DNA of 64,000 nucleotides, taken from positions 46,377 through 110,376 of the forward strand of contig JBJOMY010000006.1 in assembly GCA_046052125.1 (NCBI GenBank). The letters are read 5' to 3'. Positions 10,149 through 21,649 of this stretch are shown here, piece by piece. This DNA comes from Cyanobacteriota bacterium (GTDB lineage Bacteria > Cyanobacteriota > Cyanobacteriia > PCC-6307 > Cyanobiaceae). A program made the translations under genes and the position numbers. Each line of letters begins with the position of its first letter. Within the stretch, counting starts at the first letter, position 1. Below the pieces are notes generated by a model. It was given only the letters and a program-made list of their open reading frames with translations. It was not told the origin of the DNA and did not search any database.

Positions 10149-10278
10149 GGTTTAGAGCCCTGCAGGAGCAGGGAGGTGATCAGTGAACTGAGGGGGGCAT
10201 CCTGGTGACGGCCGTTCCCTATGGGGAACGCTCGGCAGGAGCAATGGGGATGGCCGAAGGCCAGAAGCAGGTCAGGCC

Positions 10279-10644
10279 TTACTTCTTCTTACCGGCAACG
10301 GTCTTACGAGCGCCGCGGCGGGTACGGGCATTGGTGCGGGTGCGCTGACCACGCACGGGCAGGCCCACGCGATGGCGACGACCACGGACGCAGCCGATGT
10401 CTTGGAGGCGCTTCATCGCCATGCCCTCTTGGCGACGCAGGTCGCCTTCGAGGGTGTAGCCCTCAGCGGCGCCGCGCAGCTTCTGCACGTCGGCGTCGTC
10501 GAGGTCCTTGACGCGGGTATCAGGGTTAACCCCGGTTTTGGCCAGGATTTTCTTGGCCGTGGTCAGGCCAATCCCGTACACGTAGGTGAGGGCGATTTCG
10601 ATCCTCTTGTCGCGAGGAATATCAACGCCGGCAATCCGAGCCAC
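10279..10644 (-). CDS. rpsM: 30S ribosomal protein S13
   Basis: ARIAGVDIP...[21 protein letters not shown] start. Confidence 0.98.
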   Translation of the reverse strand: MARIAGVDIPRDKRIEIALTYVYGIGLTTAKKILAKTGVNPDTRVKDLDDADVQKLRGAAEGYTLEGDLRRQEGMAMKRLQDIGCVRGRRHRVGLPVRGQRTRTNARTRRGARKTVAGKKK

Positions 10645-10759
10645 AGAAACTAACGATTGGGGTGAGCAGGGGAGAAGTTCTCAGGCGGCAGCGCACTGGC
10701 GGCGGCCCAGGAACTTGAAAGGTTTGGCCCTAGGGCCGTGGACAAGGCTCAGCCGGGGA

Positions 10760-10873
10760 TCAACCCTGGCGCTGCTTGTGCTTGGGGTTGGCGCAGATCA
10801 CCATCACCCGGCCGTGGCGACGAATCACACGGCACTTGTCGCACATTTTCTTGACCGAGGCACGCACCTTCAT
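10760..10873 (-). CDS. rpmJ: 50S ribosomal protein L36 (37 aa, absent from ORF track)
   Basis: Hand translation [37 protein letters not shown]. Confidence 0.97.
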   Translation of the reverse strand: MKVRASVKKMCDKCRVIRRHGRVMVICANPKHKQRQG

Positions 10874-10919
10874 GGGAGCGGTCTCTCCAATTTTGCAAAC
10901 GCTGACCCTACCACAGGGG

Positions 10920-11468
10920 TCAACCCAGCAAGCTGGCAATCCGCGCCCCGATCTCCTCGACCGTGCCAGCGGCTTCCACAGGCGCCAGCAGGTTGCGCTC
11001 GCGGTAGTAAGCGATCAGCGGCTCGGTCTGCTGGCGGTACACCTCAAGGCGATGGCGAATCACCTCCTCGTTGTCATCAGCGCGGCCGCGGGAGAGCAGA
11101 CGCTGCACGAGCACGGCGTCGTCCAGCTCCATAAGCACAACCAGCTCAATCTGCTGGCCGAGCTCATCGAGCAGCTGGGCCAAGGCATCGGCCTGAGCCA
11201 CGTTGCGGGGGAAGCCATCGAGCAGCCAGCCGCCGCTGTGGGCCTGAAGACGGCTGCGCACGATCGCCAGCACGAGGGCATCGCTCACGAGCTCGCCGCG
11301 CGCCATCACGGCCTCGGCTTCCTTGCCGAGCTCGCTGCCGGCGGCCACTTCGGCACGCAGCAGATCACCGGTGGAGAGGTGGAGCAGATTCTGAGTTTCG
11401 GCGAGTCGCTGGGCCTGGGTGCCCTTACCAGCCCCGGGGGGGCCGAGGAAGAGAAGACGTTGCTTCAT
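10920..11468 (-). CDS. adk: Adenylate kinase (short-LID form)
   Basis: [36 protein letters not shown]. Confidence 0.97.
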   Translation of the reverse strand: MKQRLLFLGPPGAGKGTQAQRLAETQNLLHLSTGDLLRAEVAAGSELGKEAEAVMARGELVSDALVLAIVRSRLQAHSGGWLLDGFPRNVAQADALAQLLDELGQQIELVVLMELDDAVLVQRLLSRGRADDNEEVIRHRLEVYRQQTEPLIAYYRERNLLAPVEAAGTVEEIGARIASLLG

Positions 11469-11543
11469 GACGGAAACGCGTAACGGATGGGCGGTACGGG
11501 ACGAACAATCAACCGATCAACAAGACCACAAGGGGGGCCAGGG

Positions 11544-12860
11544 TCACTGGCGCACCATGCCCTCGTAGCGCTGCGAGATCACGGCGGTTTGCAGCTGCTT
11601 AGCGGTTTGGATGGCCACACCCACCAGGATCAGCAGGCTGGTGGCGCCGAGGCCCTGGAAGGTTTTCACCTGCGTGGCCGACTCCACCGCCGAGGGAATG
11701 ATTGCCACGGCCCCAAGGAAGAGGGCACCCAGCAGGGTCAGACGGTTCTGCACTCCGCTGAGGTAGCTGGCGGTGGCGGAGCCGGGGCGGACACCGGGGA
11801 TGGCGACGCCGGTGCGCTTGAGGTTCGTGGCCACATCCACGGGGTTGATCGTGAGCGTGGCGTAGAAGAACGAGAAGCCGATGATCAGGCCGAAGAACAG
11901 CAGCGCATACACCCAGGGGGTGCCGCTGTTGGGGCTCAGGGCGGCCGCGATATTGATCAGCCAAGGCTGCTTGGTGATGTTGGCAATGGTGAGCGGCAGG
12001 AACACCACGGCCGAAGCAAAGATGATCGGCATCACGCCGCCGGCGTTGAGCTTGAGCGGCAGGTAGCTCTGGCGAGCCGAAAGGCTGGCGCCTCCCACTT
12101 GCCGCTTCGCACTCACGATGGGGATGCGGCGATTGCCTTCTTCCACACACACGATCCCAACGATCGTGACCAGGAACACCGCCACCAGCACCACGATGCC
12201 GCCAACAGTGCTGCGGTCGCCGCTCTGGGCCAGCTCGATCGTGGAGCCAAGGGCCCGGGGCAGGGTGGCCACGATGTTGAGGTAGATCACCAGGGAGGCG
12301 CCCTGGCCAATGCCCCGCTCGGTGATCACCTCACTGATCCACATCACCACCATCGAGCCGGTCACGAGCGCAACGGCGGTTTGCAGCACAAACACCAGCT
12401 CGGAGGTTCCGGCTATGGCGTAGGGCCGCAGGATCAGGGCAAACACCACGCTCTGCAGGATGCCCCAGCCGAGGGCCACATAGCGGGTGAACTGAGCGAT
12501 CTTGCGCCGGCCGGCCTCACCCTCGTTCTTCTGGAGATCCTCCAGCTGCGGCAATGCCGAGGTGAGCAGCTGCAGGATGATCGAGGCGTTGATGAAGGGC
12601 AGAATTCCCAGACCGAACACACCGAGGGTGGAGATGCCACCGCCGGTGAAGATGTCGAGGAAGCCGATCAGCTGACCACCGCGGGCGATGAAGTCCTGGA
12701 AGGCCACCCGGTCGATTCCAGGCACGGGGATATAGATCCCCAGGCGCACCAGCAGCAACAGGCCCAGGGTGATCAACACCCGATTGCGCAGATCCTTGGC
12801 CTGGATCAGCTGCGTGAGGATTTCACCGGCACTGGGGTTGCGACCCCGGCTGACGAGCAT
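11544..12860 (-). CDS. secY: Preprotein translocase subunit SecY
   Basis: LGILPFINASII, GIGQGASL, GGVMPIIFAS, IPGVRPG; about 10 TM segments. Confidence 0.98.
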   Translation of the reverse strand: MLVSRGRNPSAGEILTQLIQAKDLRNRVLITLGLLLLVRLGIYIPVPGIDRVAFQDFIARGGQLIGFLDIFTGGGISTLGVFGLGILPFINASIILQLLTSALPQLEDLQKNEGEAGRRKIAQFTRYVALGWGILQSVVFALILRPYAIAGTSELVFVLQTAVALVTGSMVVMWISEVITERGIGQGASLVIYLNIVATLPRALGSTIELAQSGDRSTVGGIVVLVAVFLVTIVGIVCVEEGNRRIPIVSAKRQVGGASLSARQSYLPLKLNAGGVMPIIFASAVVFLPLTIANITKQPWLINIAAALSPNSGTPWVYALLFFGLIIGFSFFYATLTINPVDVATNLKRTGVAIPGVRPGSATASYLSGVQNRLTLLGALFLGAVAIIPSAVESATQVKTFQGLGATSLLILVGVAIQTAKQLQTAVISQRYEGMVRQ

Positions 12861-12884
12861 GACGGGCGTGCGGAGGAGAAGAAC

Positions 12885-12924
12885 AAAAAACCGCCTGGAG
12901 AAGCCGGGAGGCTCCGCCAGGCGG
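12885..12924 (-). terminator. Terminator-like hairpin between rplO and secY
   Basis: ccgcctgg...ccaggcgg stem followed by ttttttgtt on the minus strand. Confidence 0.6.
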
Positions 12925-12964
12925 CACCGACGCTAATGGGTCGGGGTCAGAACCAAGCCGAGGC

Positions 12965-13417
12965 TCAGATCTCTTCGCAGGTGCCACCTGCAGCCTCGAT
13001 TTTCTCGCGGGCGCTGGCGGTGAAGGCAGCGGCCTGAACGGTGAGCTTCACCTTCAGGTCGCCATTGCCGAGCACCTTCAGGGGGTGCTTGGGGCTGGTC
13101 ACGAGGCCGTCCTTCACGAGGGTGTCGATATTGACGGTGCTGCCGGCCTTGAGGTCGGCGAGCTTGGCCACGTTGATCACCGTGTAGTTCTTGGGGTTGA
13201 TCACGGTGAAGTGCTTGAGCTTCGGCACCCGGCGGTAGAGGGGCATCTGACCACCTTCGAAGCCGGGACGGGTGGGACGACCCGAGCGGGACTTCTGACC
13301 GCGCATACCGAAACCGCAGCTGGCGCCTTGGCCGGCGGCGATGCCGCGGCCCTTACGGAGCTTGCGGCGACGGGCTCCTTTCTGGGGAGCCAGGGACTGG
13401 AGATTGAGCGACGTCAT
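12965..13417 (-). CDS. rplO: 50S ribosomal protein L15
   Basis: GRGIAAGQG...GQKSRSG...[15 protein letters not shown]. Confidence 0.98.
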   Translation of the reverse strand: MTSLNLQSLAPQKGARRRKLRKGRGIAAGQGASCGFGMRGQKSRSGRPTRPGFEGGQMPLYRRVPKLKHFTVINPKNYTVINVAKLADLKAGSTVNIDTLVKDGLVTSPKHPLKVLGNGDLKVKLTVQAAAFTASAREKIEAAGGTCEEI

Positions 13418-13425
13418 GGCGGTCC

Positions 13426-14073
13426 TCAGGAGTAGATCTGCTCAAGGGAGATGCCACGCTCCTTGGCGGTCTCCTTGTGGGTGCGCAGGCCAGCCAGGGC
13501 ATCCATGGCGGCGCGGGCGTTGTTGAGGGGGGTCTTCGAACCGAGGCGCTTGGCCAGCACGTTCTTGATGCCGGCGAGCTCCAGCACCGTGCGGATCGAA
13601 CCACCCGCGATCACACCGGTACCCGGGGCGGCAGGACGGATCAGCACGCTGGCGGCGCCGTCGCGACCATTGCCCAGGGTGGGGATCGAAGAGTGACGGG
13701 TGAGAGGCACCTTCACCAGGTGCTTCTTGCCATCGGCCACGCCCTTGCGGACGGCGCCGATCACATCGCCGGCCTTGCCGACGCCCACGCCCACCTGGCC
13801 CTTCTCGTTGCCGACGACAACGATGGCCCGGAAGCTCATCTTCTTACCGCCTTTCACGGTCTTGGAGACGCGGCGAATCTGCACCACGCGCTCTTGCCAT
13901 TCGGAGTCACGCTCCTGGCCACGGCGGTTGTCGCGGCCCCGGCCGCCGCCGCGGCGGTCGCCCTTGCCATCGCCACGGCCACCGCGACGCTCCTGCTGAC
14001 CTTCGGCGGCAGCGGGAACATCAGCAGCGCCCGGAACGGCGTTGGACTGGATCTGGTCGTTGGTTTCGGTCAT
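13426..14073 (-). CDS. rpsE: 30S ribosomal protein S5
   Basis: [11 protein letters not shown]...[14 protein letters not shown]-rich N-terminal extension. Confidence 0.98.
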   Translation of the reverse strand: MTETNDQIQSNAVPGAADVPAAAEGQQERRGGRGDGKGDRRGGGRGRDNRRGQERDSEWQERVVQIRRVSKTVKGGKKMSFRAIVVVGNEKGQVGVGVGKAGDVIGAVRKGVADGKKHLVKVPLTRHSSIPTLGNGRDGAASVLIRPAAPGTGVIAGGSIRTVLELAGIKNVLAKRLGSKTPLNNARAAMDALAGLRTHKETAKERGISLEQIYS

Positions 14074-14087
14074 GGTGAGAGCAGGGA

Positions 14088-14453
14088 TCAGAACTGAAGG
14101 CCCGCTTCCCGGGCGGCGTCAGCCAAGGCCTTAACGCGGCCGTGGTACAGGTTGCCGCCTCGATCGAAGACCACCTGTTGAATGCCCTTGGCAAGGGCAC
14201 GCTTGGCGACCAACTGACCAACGGCGACGGAAGCATCGCAGGTGGCAGCGGCCGAGACGCTGGTGCGCAGCTCCTTATCGATGGTCGACGCAGAGCAGAG
14301 GGTGCTCTGGGCGTCGTCGTCGATGAGCTGTGCGTAGATGTGATTGTTGGAGCGGAACACGGCCAGGCGCGGACGCGCGGCAGTGCCGGTGAGATTGCGA
14401 CGCAGACGCCGGTGGCGTTTCTGGGTCTGCTGCTTGCGGGACAGTGTGGACAT
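14088..14453 (-). CDS. rplR: 50S ribosomal protein L18
   Basis: [16 protein letters not shown]...[13 protein letters not shown]. Confidence 0.98.
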   Translation of the reverse strand: MSTLSRKQQTQKRHRRLRRNLTGTAARPRLAVFRSNNHIYAQLIDDDAQSTLCSASTIDKELRTSVSAAATCDASVAVGQLVAKRALAKGIQQVVFDRGGNLYHGRVKALADAAREAGLQF

Positions 14454-14485
14454 GGCAGTACAGGGTAACGACGCTCAGGCAGACC

Positions 14486-15025
14486 TCATTTCTTACCGGT
14501 CTTACCGGCCTTGCGCAGGATGCGTTCGCCCTCGTACTTGATGCCCTTGCCCTTGTAGGGCTCAGGCGGACGAATGGCGCGAACCTTGGCTGCTTCGTTG
14601 CCCACCAGTTCCTTGTCGGCACCGGAAACGAGCACGGTGGTGTTGCCGTCAACGGCAAAGGTGACGCCATCGGGAGGCACCATTTCGACCTGGTGGCTGT
14701 AGCCAGCGCTCACCACCAGCTTTTTGCCCTGAACGGCAGCGCGGTAACCCACGCCAACGATCTCGAGCTTGCGGGTGTAACCCTTGCTCACCCCTTCGAC
14801 CATGTTGGCGACGAGGGTGCGGCAGAGGCCGTGGCGCTCGCGGGAGCGGCGGTTGTCGCTGGCGGGGCTCACCACGAGGGTGGTGCCGTCCTGGGCGATG
14901 GTCACACCGTCAGGGAGAGTGCGGCTCAGTTCACCTTTGGGGCCTTTGACTTTGACGTCGAGGCCGCTGAGGGTGACAGTGACGCCGCCCGGCACGGGAA
15001 TCGGCGCTTTACCAATACGAGACAT
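14486..15025 (-). CDS. rplF: 50S ribosomal protein L6
   Basis: MSRIGKAPI...[11 protein letters not shown]. Confidence 0.98.
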   Translation of the reverse strand: MSRIGKAPIPVPGGVTVTLSGLDVKVKGPKGELSRTLPDGVTIAQDGTTLVVSPASDNRRSRERHGLCRTLVANMVEGVSKGYTRKLEIVGVGYRAAVQGKKLVVSAGYSHQVEMVPPDGVTFAVDGNTTVLVSGADKELVGNEAAKVRAIRPPEPYKGKGIKYEGERILRKAGKTGKK

Positions 15026-15041
15026 GGATCAATCTCCCTGA

Positions 15042-15443
15042 TCAGTAGACGTAAGCGAGCACTTCGCCGCCGACGCCCTGCTTGCGGGCATCGCGGTCGC
15101 TCATCACACCTTTGGAGGTGGAGATGATGGCCACGCCGAGACCGCCCAGCACCTTGGGCAGCTGGCGGGTGTTCTTGTAAATGCGCAGACCGGGCTTGCT
15201 CACGCGCTGCACGGTGCGAATCAGCGGCTGACGGTGCTTACCGCTGTACTTGAGTTCGAGCACAAGGTGCTTCTCAACGCCTTCACCGGCTTCGGTGATT
15301 TCGGAGATGAAGCCCTCCTGCTGCAGCACCCTGGCGATGCTGCGTGCCATGCGGGATGCAGGCACCTTGGTGGATTGGTGACGCTTCTCACTCGCATTGC
15401 GAATGCGGGTGAGCATGTCGGAAATTGGGTCGTGATTGGCCAT
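15042..15443 (-). CDS. rpsH: 30S ribosomal protein S8
   Basis: [13 protein letters not shown]...SKPGLRIY...GVGGEV. Confidence 0.98.
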   Translation of the reverse strand: MANHDPISDMLTRIRNASEKRHQSTKVPASRMARSIARVLQQEGFISEITEAGEGVEKHLVLELKYSGKHRQPLIRTVQRVSKPGLRIYKNTRQLPKVLGGLGVAIISTSKGVMSDRDARKQGVGGEVLAYVY

Positions 15444-15462
15444 GGTCGGGTCCGAAGAGGGC

Positions 15463-16002
15463 TCAGTTACTGCGGAACGGCATTCCCATCTCGCGGAGGA
15501 GGGCCCGGCCCTCTTCGTCGTTACGGGCAGTGGTCACGATGGTGATGTCCATGCCCCGGATGGCATCGATCTTGTCGAAGGAGATTTCAGGGAAAATGAT
15601 CTGCTCCTTCACCCCAAGGGTGTAGTTGCCACGACCGTCAAAGCTCTTGTCGCTCACGCCGCGGAAGTCGCGGATGCGAGGCAGAGCCAGGTGGATCAGA
15701 CGCTCGAGGAACGCATACATGCGGTCGCCACGCAGGGTGACGGCCACACCGATCGGCATGCCCTGACGGATCTTGAAGCCGGCGATGGCTTTCTTGGCGC
15801 GGGTCACCATCACTTTTTGACCAGTGATCGTGGCCAGCTCCTCGATGGAGGCCTCGAGGGCCTTGGCATTTTGGGCGGCTTCACCGAGGCCCCGGTTGAC
15901 GGTCACTTTGACCAGCTTGGGGACTTCGTGGATGTTCGAGAGATTGAGATCCTTCAGCAGCTTGGGCTGGATCTTCTCCCGATAGTTCTGTTTAAGGGAC
16001 AT
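15463..16002 (-). CDS. rplE: 50S ribosomal protein L5
   Basis: ITGQK...LPRIRDFRG...FDGRGNY...GMDITIVT. Confidence 0.98.
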   Translation of the reverse strand: MSLKQNYREKIQPKLLKDLNLSNIHEVPKLVKVTVNRGLGEAAQNAKALEASIEELATITGQKVMVTRAKKAIAGFKIRQGMPIGVAVTLRGDRMYAFLERLIHLALPRIRDFRGVSDKSFDGRGNYTLGVKEQIIFPEISFDKIDAIRGMDITIVTTARNDEEGRALLREMGMPFRSN

Positions 16003-16068
16003 GACGGGGGACAGGGGTTGCGCTTCTGGACGTGGTCAGAAGGCGGACAAGGTTGATAGAGATGGAGA

Positions 16069-16425
16069 TCAGTCGAGGATCTCGCCGGTTTTCTTGAGGC
16101 GGCGCTTCTTGGTGCCGTCTTTTTCCACCACGATCTCGACGCGGCTAGCCACGTTCTTGGAGGTGGAGTACAGCATCACGTTGGAGGCGTGCAGGGACGC
16201 TTCTTCAGTCACGATGCGGCCGGTCTCGCCCTCTTGGGTGGGCTTGACGTGGCGGGTGCGCAGGTTCACGCCCTGCACCACCACACGGTTTTCGTAGGGA
16301 AGGGTGCGCAGGACCTCGCCGGTCTTGCCCTTGTCCTTACCGCTGATCACCTGAACGGTGTCGCCCTTCTTGATGCGCATCTTGGTGCGCACCTGAACCT
16401 TGGCTTTAGGGGTGGCAGTCGCCAT
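16069..16425 (-). CDS. rplX: 50S ribosomal protein L24
   Basis: [18 protein letters not shown] (KOW), EASLHASNV. Confidence 0.98.
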   Translation of the reverse strand: MATATPKAKVQVRTKMRIKKGDTVQVISGKDKGKTGEVLRTLPYENRVVVQGVNLRTRHVKPTQEGETGRIVTEEASLHASNVMLYSTSKNVASRVEIVVEKDGTKKRRLKKTGEILD

Positions 16426-16426
16426 C

Positions 16427-16792
16427 TCAGATCACCTCCGGAGCGAGGGACACGATCTTGGTGAAGTTGCGGTCGCGCAGTTCGCGCGCCACGGGACCGA
16501 AGACGCGGGTGCCCTTGGGGTTGTTGTCGTTGCCGAGGATCACGGCAGCGTTGTCGTCGAAACGGATCGAGTTGCCGTTCACGCGACGCAGGGTGGCTTT
16601 GGTGCGCACCACCACAGCCTTCACCACATCGGACTTCTTCACGCCCATGTTGGGCATGGCGTCCTTCACGGCGGCCACGATCACATCGCCCACGTGGGCG
16701 TATCGACGGTTGGTGCCCAGCACGCGGATGCACTGGATGCGCTTGGCGCCGCTGTTATCAGCGACGTTGAGGAACGTTTCCTGTTGAATCAT
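16427..16792 (-). CDS. rplN: 50S ribosomal protein L14
   Basis: VADNSGAK...FDDNAAV...[12 protein letters not shown]. Confidence 0.98.
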   Translation of the reverse strand: MIQQETFLNVADNSGAKRIQCIRVLGTNRRYAHVGDVIVAAVKDAMPNMGVKKSDVVKAVVVRTKATLRRVNGNSIRFDDNAAVILGNDNNPKGTRVFGPVARELRDRNFTKIVSLAPEVI

Positions 16793-16804
16793 CGGGAGAT
16801 CTCC

Positions 16805-17056
16805 TCAGCTGGCGCTGCTGGTGTTCAGCACCTCGGCCACGGCCCAGCGCTTGGTGCGGCTGAGGGGACGAGTTTCAGTGATGCGGACGCGGTCTCCCAC
16901 CTTGCAGGTGTTCTCCTCATCGTGCGCCTTGTAGCGCTTGGTGCGGCTCACCGTCTTTTGATAGATGGGGTGAGGGAAGCGGTTCTCCACCGCCACCACC
17001 ACGGTTTTGTCCATCTTGTCGCTGACGACGGTGCCGACCCTTTCCTTGGTTGCCAT
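16805..17056 (-). CDS. rpsQ: 30S ribosomal protein S17
   Basis: [14 protein letters not shown]...[11 protein letters not shown]. Confidence 0.98.
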   Translation of the reverse strand: MATKERVGTVVSDKMDKTVVVAVENRFPHPIYQKTVSRTKRYKAHDEENTCKVGDRVRITETRPLSRTKRWAVAEVLNTSSAS

Positions 17057-17073
17057 AACGGTTACTTAGGGGA

Positions 17074-17283
17074 TCAGGAAGCGGCGGAGCGCTGGCGCTC
17101 CGTTTGCACCGTCAGCAGCTGGGCCAGCTTGATGCGGGCGGCCTTGAAGCGGTGCGGTTGCTCGAGACGGCGGGTGGCCTGCTCGAAGCGAAGGGTGAAC
17201 AGCTCGCGACGGGTGTCGTCGATCTGAGTGGTGATGTCGCCGTCGGACAGCTTGCGCACCTCGGCGATGTCGGGACGTGCCAT
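17074..17283 (-). CDS. rpmC: 50S ribosomal protein L29
   Basis: [11 protein letters not shown]...PHRFK; position in S10 cluster. Confidence 0.95.
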   Translation of the reverse strand: MARPDIAEVRKLSDGDITTQIDDTRRELFTLRFEQATRRLEQPHRFKAARIKLAQLLTVQTERQRSAAS

Positions 17284-17285
17284 GG

Positions 17286-17747
17286 TCAGGACTCCACGGT
17301 GGTGGCCGCAACGGCAGCCTGGGCAGCTTCCTGATCCGCCAGGGACAGGAACTTGGTTTTCACGGGCAGCTTGTACTGCGCCAGGCGCATGGCCTCTTTG
17401 GCGATCTCGGGGGTGATATCGGCACCGCCCATCTCAAAAAGGATGCGGCCGGGCTTGATCACAGCTACCCAGAACTCAGGGTTGCCCTTACCGGAACCCA
17501 TTCGGGTTTCGGCGGGGCGCATGGTCACCGGCTTGTCGGGGAAGATCCGGATCCAGATCTTTCCGCCCCGCTTGACGTAGCGGGTCATGGCACGACGACT
17601 GGCCTCAATCTGACGGGAGGTGATCCACCCGCACTCTTGGGCCTGCAGAGCGAACTCACCGAAGGCGATGGTGTTGCCACGGGTGGCGACACCGCGCATG
17701 CGGCCGCGCTGCTGCTTACGGAATTTGACGCGTCTTGGACTCAGCAT
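17286..17747 (-). CDS. rplP: 50S ribosomal protein L16
   Basis: [15 protein letters not shown]...RMGSGKG. Confidence 0.98.
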   Translation of the reverse strand: MLSPRRVKFRKQQRGRMRGVATRGNTIAFGEFALQAQECGWITSRQIEASRRAMTRYVKRGGKIWIRIFPDKPVTMRPAETRMGSGKGNPEFWVAVIKPGRILFEMGGADITPEIAKEAMRLAQYKLPVKTKFLSLADQEAAQAAVAATTVES

Positions 17748-17763
17748 GGTTCAGGCCTCCTGA

Positions 17764-18492
17764 TCACTCTTCGTTCGAACGGTCTTCGAACTGTTGGGGC
17801 CGGCGGCTGGCACGGCGCTTCGGCGCAGCACCCACGGGCACCTTGTCCTGGCTACCGGGCAGCACTTCACCCTTGAACACCCACACCTTGATTCCCAGCA
17901 CCCCGTAGGTGGTGGTGGCCACCTTGGTGGCGTAATCGATGTCGGCGCGGAGGGTGTGCAGAGGCACGCGGCCTTCGCGGGTCCACTCGGTGCGGGCGAT
18001 CTCGGCGCCGTTGAGGCGGCCGCTCACCTGGAGCTTCATGCCAAGCACTCCGGCGCGCTGGGCACGCTGGATGGCCATGCGCATCACGCGGCGGAAGGCC
18101 ACGCGCTTCTCGAGCTGTTGGGCGATGTACTCAGCCAGCAGGTAGGCATCGGCGTCGACGCGCTCCACTTCCACCACGTTGATCCGCACCTGACGGGCGG
18201 AGTCACCAATGGTTTTCTGGATACCGGCACGGAGGTCCTCGATGCCGCTGCCCTGACGGCCAACGAGCACACCGGGGCGAGCGGTTTTGAGTTCCACCTC
18301 GAGCTGATCAGCCTTGCGGGCGATCACCACGTCGCTGATGCCAGCGGCGCTGTACTTCTTGTGGATGAACTTGCGGATCCGATCGTCTTCTTGAAGAAGC
18401 GTCGGGTAGGTCTTGCTGGGGGCGTACCAGCGGGACCGGTGCTCCTGGGTGATCCCCAGGCGCAGGCCGGTTGGATGGATCTTGTGTCCCAT
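17764..18492 (-). CDS. rpsC: 30S ribosomal protein S3
   Basis: [13 protein letters not shown]...[10 protein letters not shown]...[14 protein letters not shown] at 18492. Confidence 0.98.
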   Translation of the reverse strand: MGHKIHPTGLRLGITQEHRSRWYAPSKTYPTLLQEDDRIRKFIHKKYSAAGISDVVIARKADQLEVELKTARPGVLVGRQGSGIEDLRAGIQKTIGDSARQVRINVVEVERVDADAYLLAEYIAQQLEKRVAFRRVMRMAIQRAQRAGVLGMKLQVSGRLNGAEIARTEWTREGRVPLHTLRADIDYATKVATTTYGVLGIKVWVFKGEVLPGSQDKVPVGAAPKRRASRRPQQFEDRSNEE

Positions 18493-18511
18493 CGGTCGGT
18501 GTCCTCGGGGG

Positions 18512-18865
18512 TCAGGCGGCAGGAGCCACAGCAATGCTGATGTGGCAGGTCTTTTTCTGGATCGCGTAGGCGCGACCCTGGGCGCGGGGACGAAAACGCT
18601 TCATCACCGGACCCATGTCCGCCGTAGCGGAGGAGATCACGAGAGAAGCGGGGTCGAGCCCCAGGTTGTGCTCGGCGTTGGCCACCGCACTGCGCAGCAC
18701 CTTGGTGATCGGGCCGGTGGAGCGGTAGGGCATGAACTCGAGCATGATCAGCGCGTCGCGATAGCTGCGACCGCGGATCTGATCGAGCACCCGGCGCACC
18801 TTGGACACGGAGCCGCGGATGTAGCGACCGTGTGCCTGGGCAGTGGTGGATGTGGTGTTAGCCAT
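18512..18865 (-). CDS. rplV: 50S ribosomal protein L22
   Basis: [11 protein letters not shown]...SAVANA...PRAQGRA; ATG at 18865. Confidence 0.98.
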   Translation of the reverse strand: MANTTSTTAQAHGRYIRGSVSKVRRVLDQIRGRSYRDALIMLEFMPYRSTGPITKVLRSAVANAEHNLGLDPASLVISSATADMGPVMKRFRPRAQGRAYAIQKKTCHISIAVAPAA

Positions 18866-18869
18866 GTCC

Positions 18870-19145
18870 TCAGCGGCCTCCTTTCTTGTCCTTGATGTGG
18901 CCGCGGAAGTTGCGCGTGGGCGCAAATTCCCCGAGCTTGTGGCCCACCATTTGCTCCGTCACGTAGACGGGCACGTGGGCCTTGCCGTTGTGCACGGCAA
19001 TGGTGTGGCCGATCATCATCGGCAGGATGGTGGAAGCACGTGACCAGGTTTTGATCACGGACTTGTCATCGGCTGCGTTCTGCTTTTCAACCTTGCGCAG
19101 AAGGCTGTCGGCAATGAACGGACCTTTTTTGAGTGAGCGTCCCAT
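18870..19145 (-). CDS. rpsS: 30S ribosomal protein S19
   Basis: [10 protein letters not shown]...[13 protein letters not shown]. Confidence 0.98.
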   Translation of the reverse strand: MGRSLKKGPFIADSLLRKVEKQNAADDKSVIKTWSRASTILPMMIGHTIAVHNGKAHVPVYVTEQMVGHKLGEFAPTRNFRGHIKDKKGGR

Positions 19146-19180
19146 AGCGGTTTAAACGAACAGCAAAGCGGTGAGTTGGA

Positions 19181-20044
19181 TCACGAATCGCGTCCGCCGC
19201 GGCTCCGCTTGGAGGTGCGACGACGTTTCCGGAGCACAAACCGATTGCTGGGTTTGTTCCGCTTGCGGGTCTTGAGACCCAGGGCCGGTTTGCCCCAGGG
19301 GGTGACAGGGCCGGAGCGACCGATCGGAGCGCGACCCTCGCCACCACCGTGGGGGTGATCGCAGGGGTTCATCACGCTGCCTCGGACCTGCGGGCGACGA
19401 CCCAGCCAGCGGCGACGACCGGCCTTACCCAGGCTGGTGTTGCGCACTTCAGAGTTGCCCACTTCGCCGAGGGTGGCGTAGCACTCACGGCGCACCAGGC
19501 GCACCTCGGTGGAGGGCAGCTTGAGGGCGACGTAATCGCCTTCTTTCGCCATCACCTGGGCACTGGCGCCAGCGGTGCGGACCATCTGGCCGCCGCGACC
19601 GGCATACAGCTCAACGCAGTGAACGCTGGAGCCGAGGGGGATCGCCGAGAGCGGCAGGGCGTTGCCGTCCTCGATCGGTGCATCGGGGCCCGACACCACG
19701 GTGGAGCCCACCGCCACACCAGCCGGAGCCAGGATGTAGCGCTTCTCGCCATCGGCGTAGAAGAGCAGCGCCAGACGGGCGTTGCGGTGCGGGTCGTAGT
19801 GAATGGCGGCCACCTTGGCGACCACACCGTGCTTATCGCGGCGGAAGTCGACCAGGCGGTAGAGGCGCTTGTGGCCACCGCCGCGGTGACGGCAGGTGAT
19901 CACACCGCGGTTGTTGCGGCCTTTGCGCTGGTGCTTGGCCACCACCAGGCCCCGTTCGCGACCGCGGCCGGTGACTTCTGCGAAGTCGCTGGCGACACGG
20001 GTGCGGGTGCCGGGGGTGATGGGGCGGTACTTACGGATTCCCAT
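19181..20044 (-). CDS. rplB: 50S ribosomal protein L2
   Basis: HRGGGHKR...YDPHRNAR...[13 protein letters not shown]. Confidence 0.98.
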   Translation of the reverse strand: MGIRKYRPITPGTRTRVASDFAEVTGRGRERGLVVAKHQRKGRNNRGVITCRHRGGGHKRLYRLVDFRRDKHGVVAKVAAIHYDPHRNARLALLFYADGEKRYILAPAGVAVGSTVVSGPDAPIEDGNALPLSAIPLGSSVHCVELYAGRGGQMVRTAGASAQVMAKEGDYVALKLPSTEVRLVRRECYATLGEVGNSEVRNTSLGKAGRRRWLGRRPQVRGSVMNPCDHPHGGGEGRAPIGRSGPVTPWGKPALGLKTRKRNKPSNRFVLRKRRRTSKRSRGGRDS

Positions 20045-20059
20045 GATTCGTTAAACCCC

Positions 20060-20362
20060 TCAGGCTTCAGGGAAGAGCTGGATGGCGTTGCCATCGGCAA
20101 GGCGCACCACGGCCTTCTTCACCTGGGCACGCTTGCCGGCGAAACGACCCACGCGACGAGTGCGACGCGGGGGATTCATGGTGCTCACACCAACGACCTT
20201 CACGTCGAACAGTTGCTCGACGGCAGCCTTGATGTCGGGCTTGGCAGCCCGGTGGTCCACCTCGAAGGTGTACTGGTTCTGTTCGATGGCCCGGGTGGCC
20301 TTCTCGGTGATCAGCGGCCGGCGGATCACATCCGCCAGACGACCGTTAAAACGTTCAGTCAT
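20060..20362 (-). CDS. rplW: 50S ribosomal protein L23
   Basis: PLITEKA...IKAAVEQLF...KKAVVRL. Confidence 0.97.
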   Translation of the reverse strand: MTERFNGRLADVIRRPLITEKATRAIEQNQYTFEVDHRAAKPDIKAAVEQLFDVKVVGVSTMNPPRRTRRVGRFAGKRAQVKKAVVRLADGNAIQLFPEA

Positions 20363-20990
20363 CGCCGTAGACCTCCTGAATCTTCGCGAGCGCTTCCTCG
20401 CTCACCACCAGGGCGTTGGCGTGGAGCAGATCGAACACGTTGAGCTGATCAGCGGCGATCAGCTTCACCTTTTCAAGGTTGCGCACCGAGCGGCGCACCA
20501 CCTCGCTGGGGGTATCCAGCACCACCAGCACCTTGGCGCCATCGGCGATGCCGAAGCGGCTCAGAGCAGCGGTGATTTCCTTGGTCTTGGGAGTATCCAG
20601 ACCAGCGGCGAATCCCTTCACCACAGTGATGTCGCCAGCGCGGCTCATCAGAGCGGTGCGCAGAGCGAGACGACGCTCCTTGCGGTTCATCGCCAGGTTG
20701 TAGGTGCGGGGCTTAGGCCCGAACACCACGCCACCACCGGGACGGAGGGGGGTGCGGATCGAACCCTGACGGGCGCGACCGGTGCCCTTCTGCTTGTAGG
20801 GCTTGCGGCCGCCACCGGCCACCTCAGCACGGGTGAGGGTGCTGGCGGTGCCCTGACGGGCGTGGGCCAGCTGACGCACCACGGCGCGATGCACCAGGTC
20901 GTTAGCGGTCGTTTCCTTGGCGACCTTCAGCTCAAGGCTGGCCTTGCCGGCCTCCTTGCCCTGCCAGTCGCGAACAACACAGTTAGCCAT
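20355..20990 (-). CDS. rplD: 50S ribosomal protein L4
   Basis: [13 protein letters not shown]...[11 protein letters not shown]...FGPKPR. Confidence 0.98.
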   Translation of the reverse strand: MANCVVRDWQGKEAGKASLELKVAKETTANDLVHRAVVRQLAHARQGTASTLTRAEVAGGGRKPYKQKGTGRARQGSIRTPLRPGGGVVFGPKPRTYNLAMNRKERRLALRTALMSRAGDITVVKGFAAGLDTPKTKEITAALSRFGIADGAKVLVVLDTPSEVVRRSVRNLEKVKLIAADQLNVFDLLHANALVVSEEALAKIQEVYGDD

Positions 20991-21001
20991 TTCTGTCCTC
21001 C

Positions 21002-21649
21002 TCAGTTCGCGGCTTTAGCGCCCACCCGCTTGGCGGGGAGGATGTTCAGCAGGGCACCGGGCTTACCGGGTACCGAGCCTTTCACCACGAGCAGGTTGCG
21101 CTCGTGATCCACCTTCAGGATCACGAGGCCGCGGGTGGTGATTTGCTTGCCGCCGTAGCGACCAGCCATGCGCTTGCCGGGATAGACGCGGCCCGGGGTG
21201 GTGCCGGCGCCGGTGGAACCCGGTTCGCGGTGGTTCTTCGAACCGTGGGTCATGGGGCCGCGGCTGAAGCCGTGACGCTTCTGATAGCCAGCGAAACCAC
21301 GACCAATGGTGTCGCCGCTCACATCGACCTTCTGGCCCGCCTCAAAGGCGGCCACGGTGATTGCGCTACCGAGCTCAAGACCGTCGACGGAATCGACGCG
21401 GTACTCCTTGAGGTGGCGCAGAGGCTCGCTGCCGGACTTGGCCAGGTGACCCTTGGCCGGCTTGTTAACGAGCTTCTCGCGGATGTCACCGAAGCCCAGC
21501 TGGACGGCGGTGTAGCCGTCGGTGCTGTCGGTTTTGAGTTGGGTGATACGGCAGGGACCCGCCTCGATCACGGTGACCGGGATGGATCTGCCTTCGTCGT
21601 CGAAGAACTGGGACATGCCCAGTTTCTTCCCAAGAATGCCGATGGACAT
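21002..21649 (-). CDS. rplC: 50S ribosomal protein L3
   Basis: [11 protein letters not shown]...DGYTAVQLG...GKRMAGRYG...KGSVPG. Confidence 0.98.
   Translation of the reverse strand: MSIGILGKKLGMSQFFDDEGRSIPVTVIEAGPCRITQLKTDSTDGYTAVQLGFGDIREKLVNKPAKGHLAKSGSEPLRHLKEYRVDSVDGLELGSAITVAAFEAGQKVDVSGDTIGRGFAGYQKRHGFSRGPMTHGSKNHREPGSTGAGTTPGRVYPGKRMAGRYGGKQITTRGLVILKVDHERNLLVVKGSVPGKPGALLNILPAKRVGAKAAN

Noticed and set aside
13900..14073. RG-rich low-complexity repeat in the rpsE 5' region
   Set aside because: Coding N-terminal extension typical of picocyanobacterial S5, not a DNA repeat element
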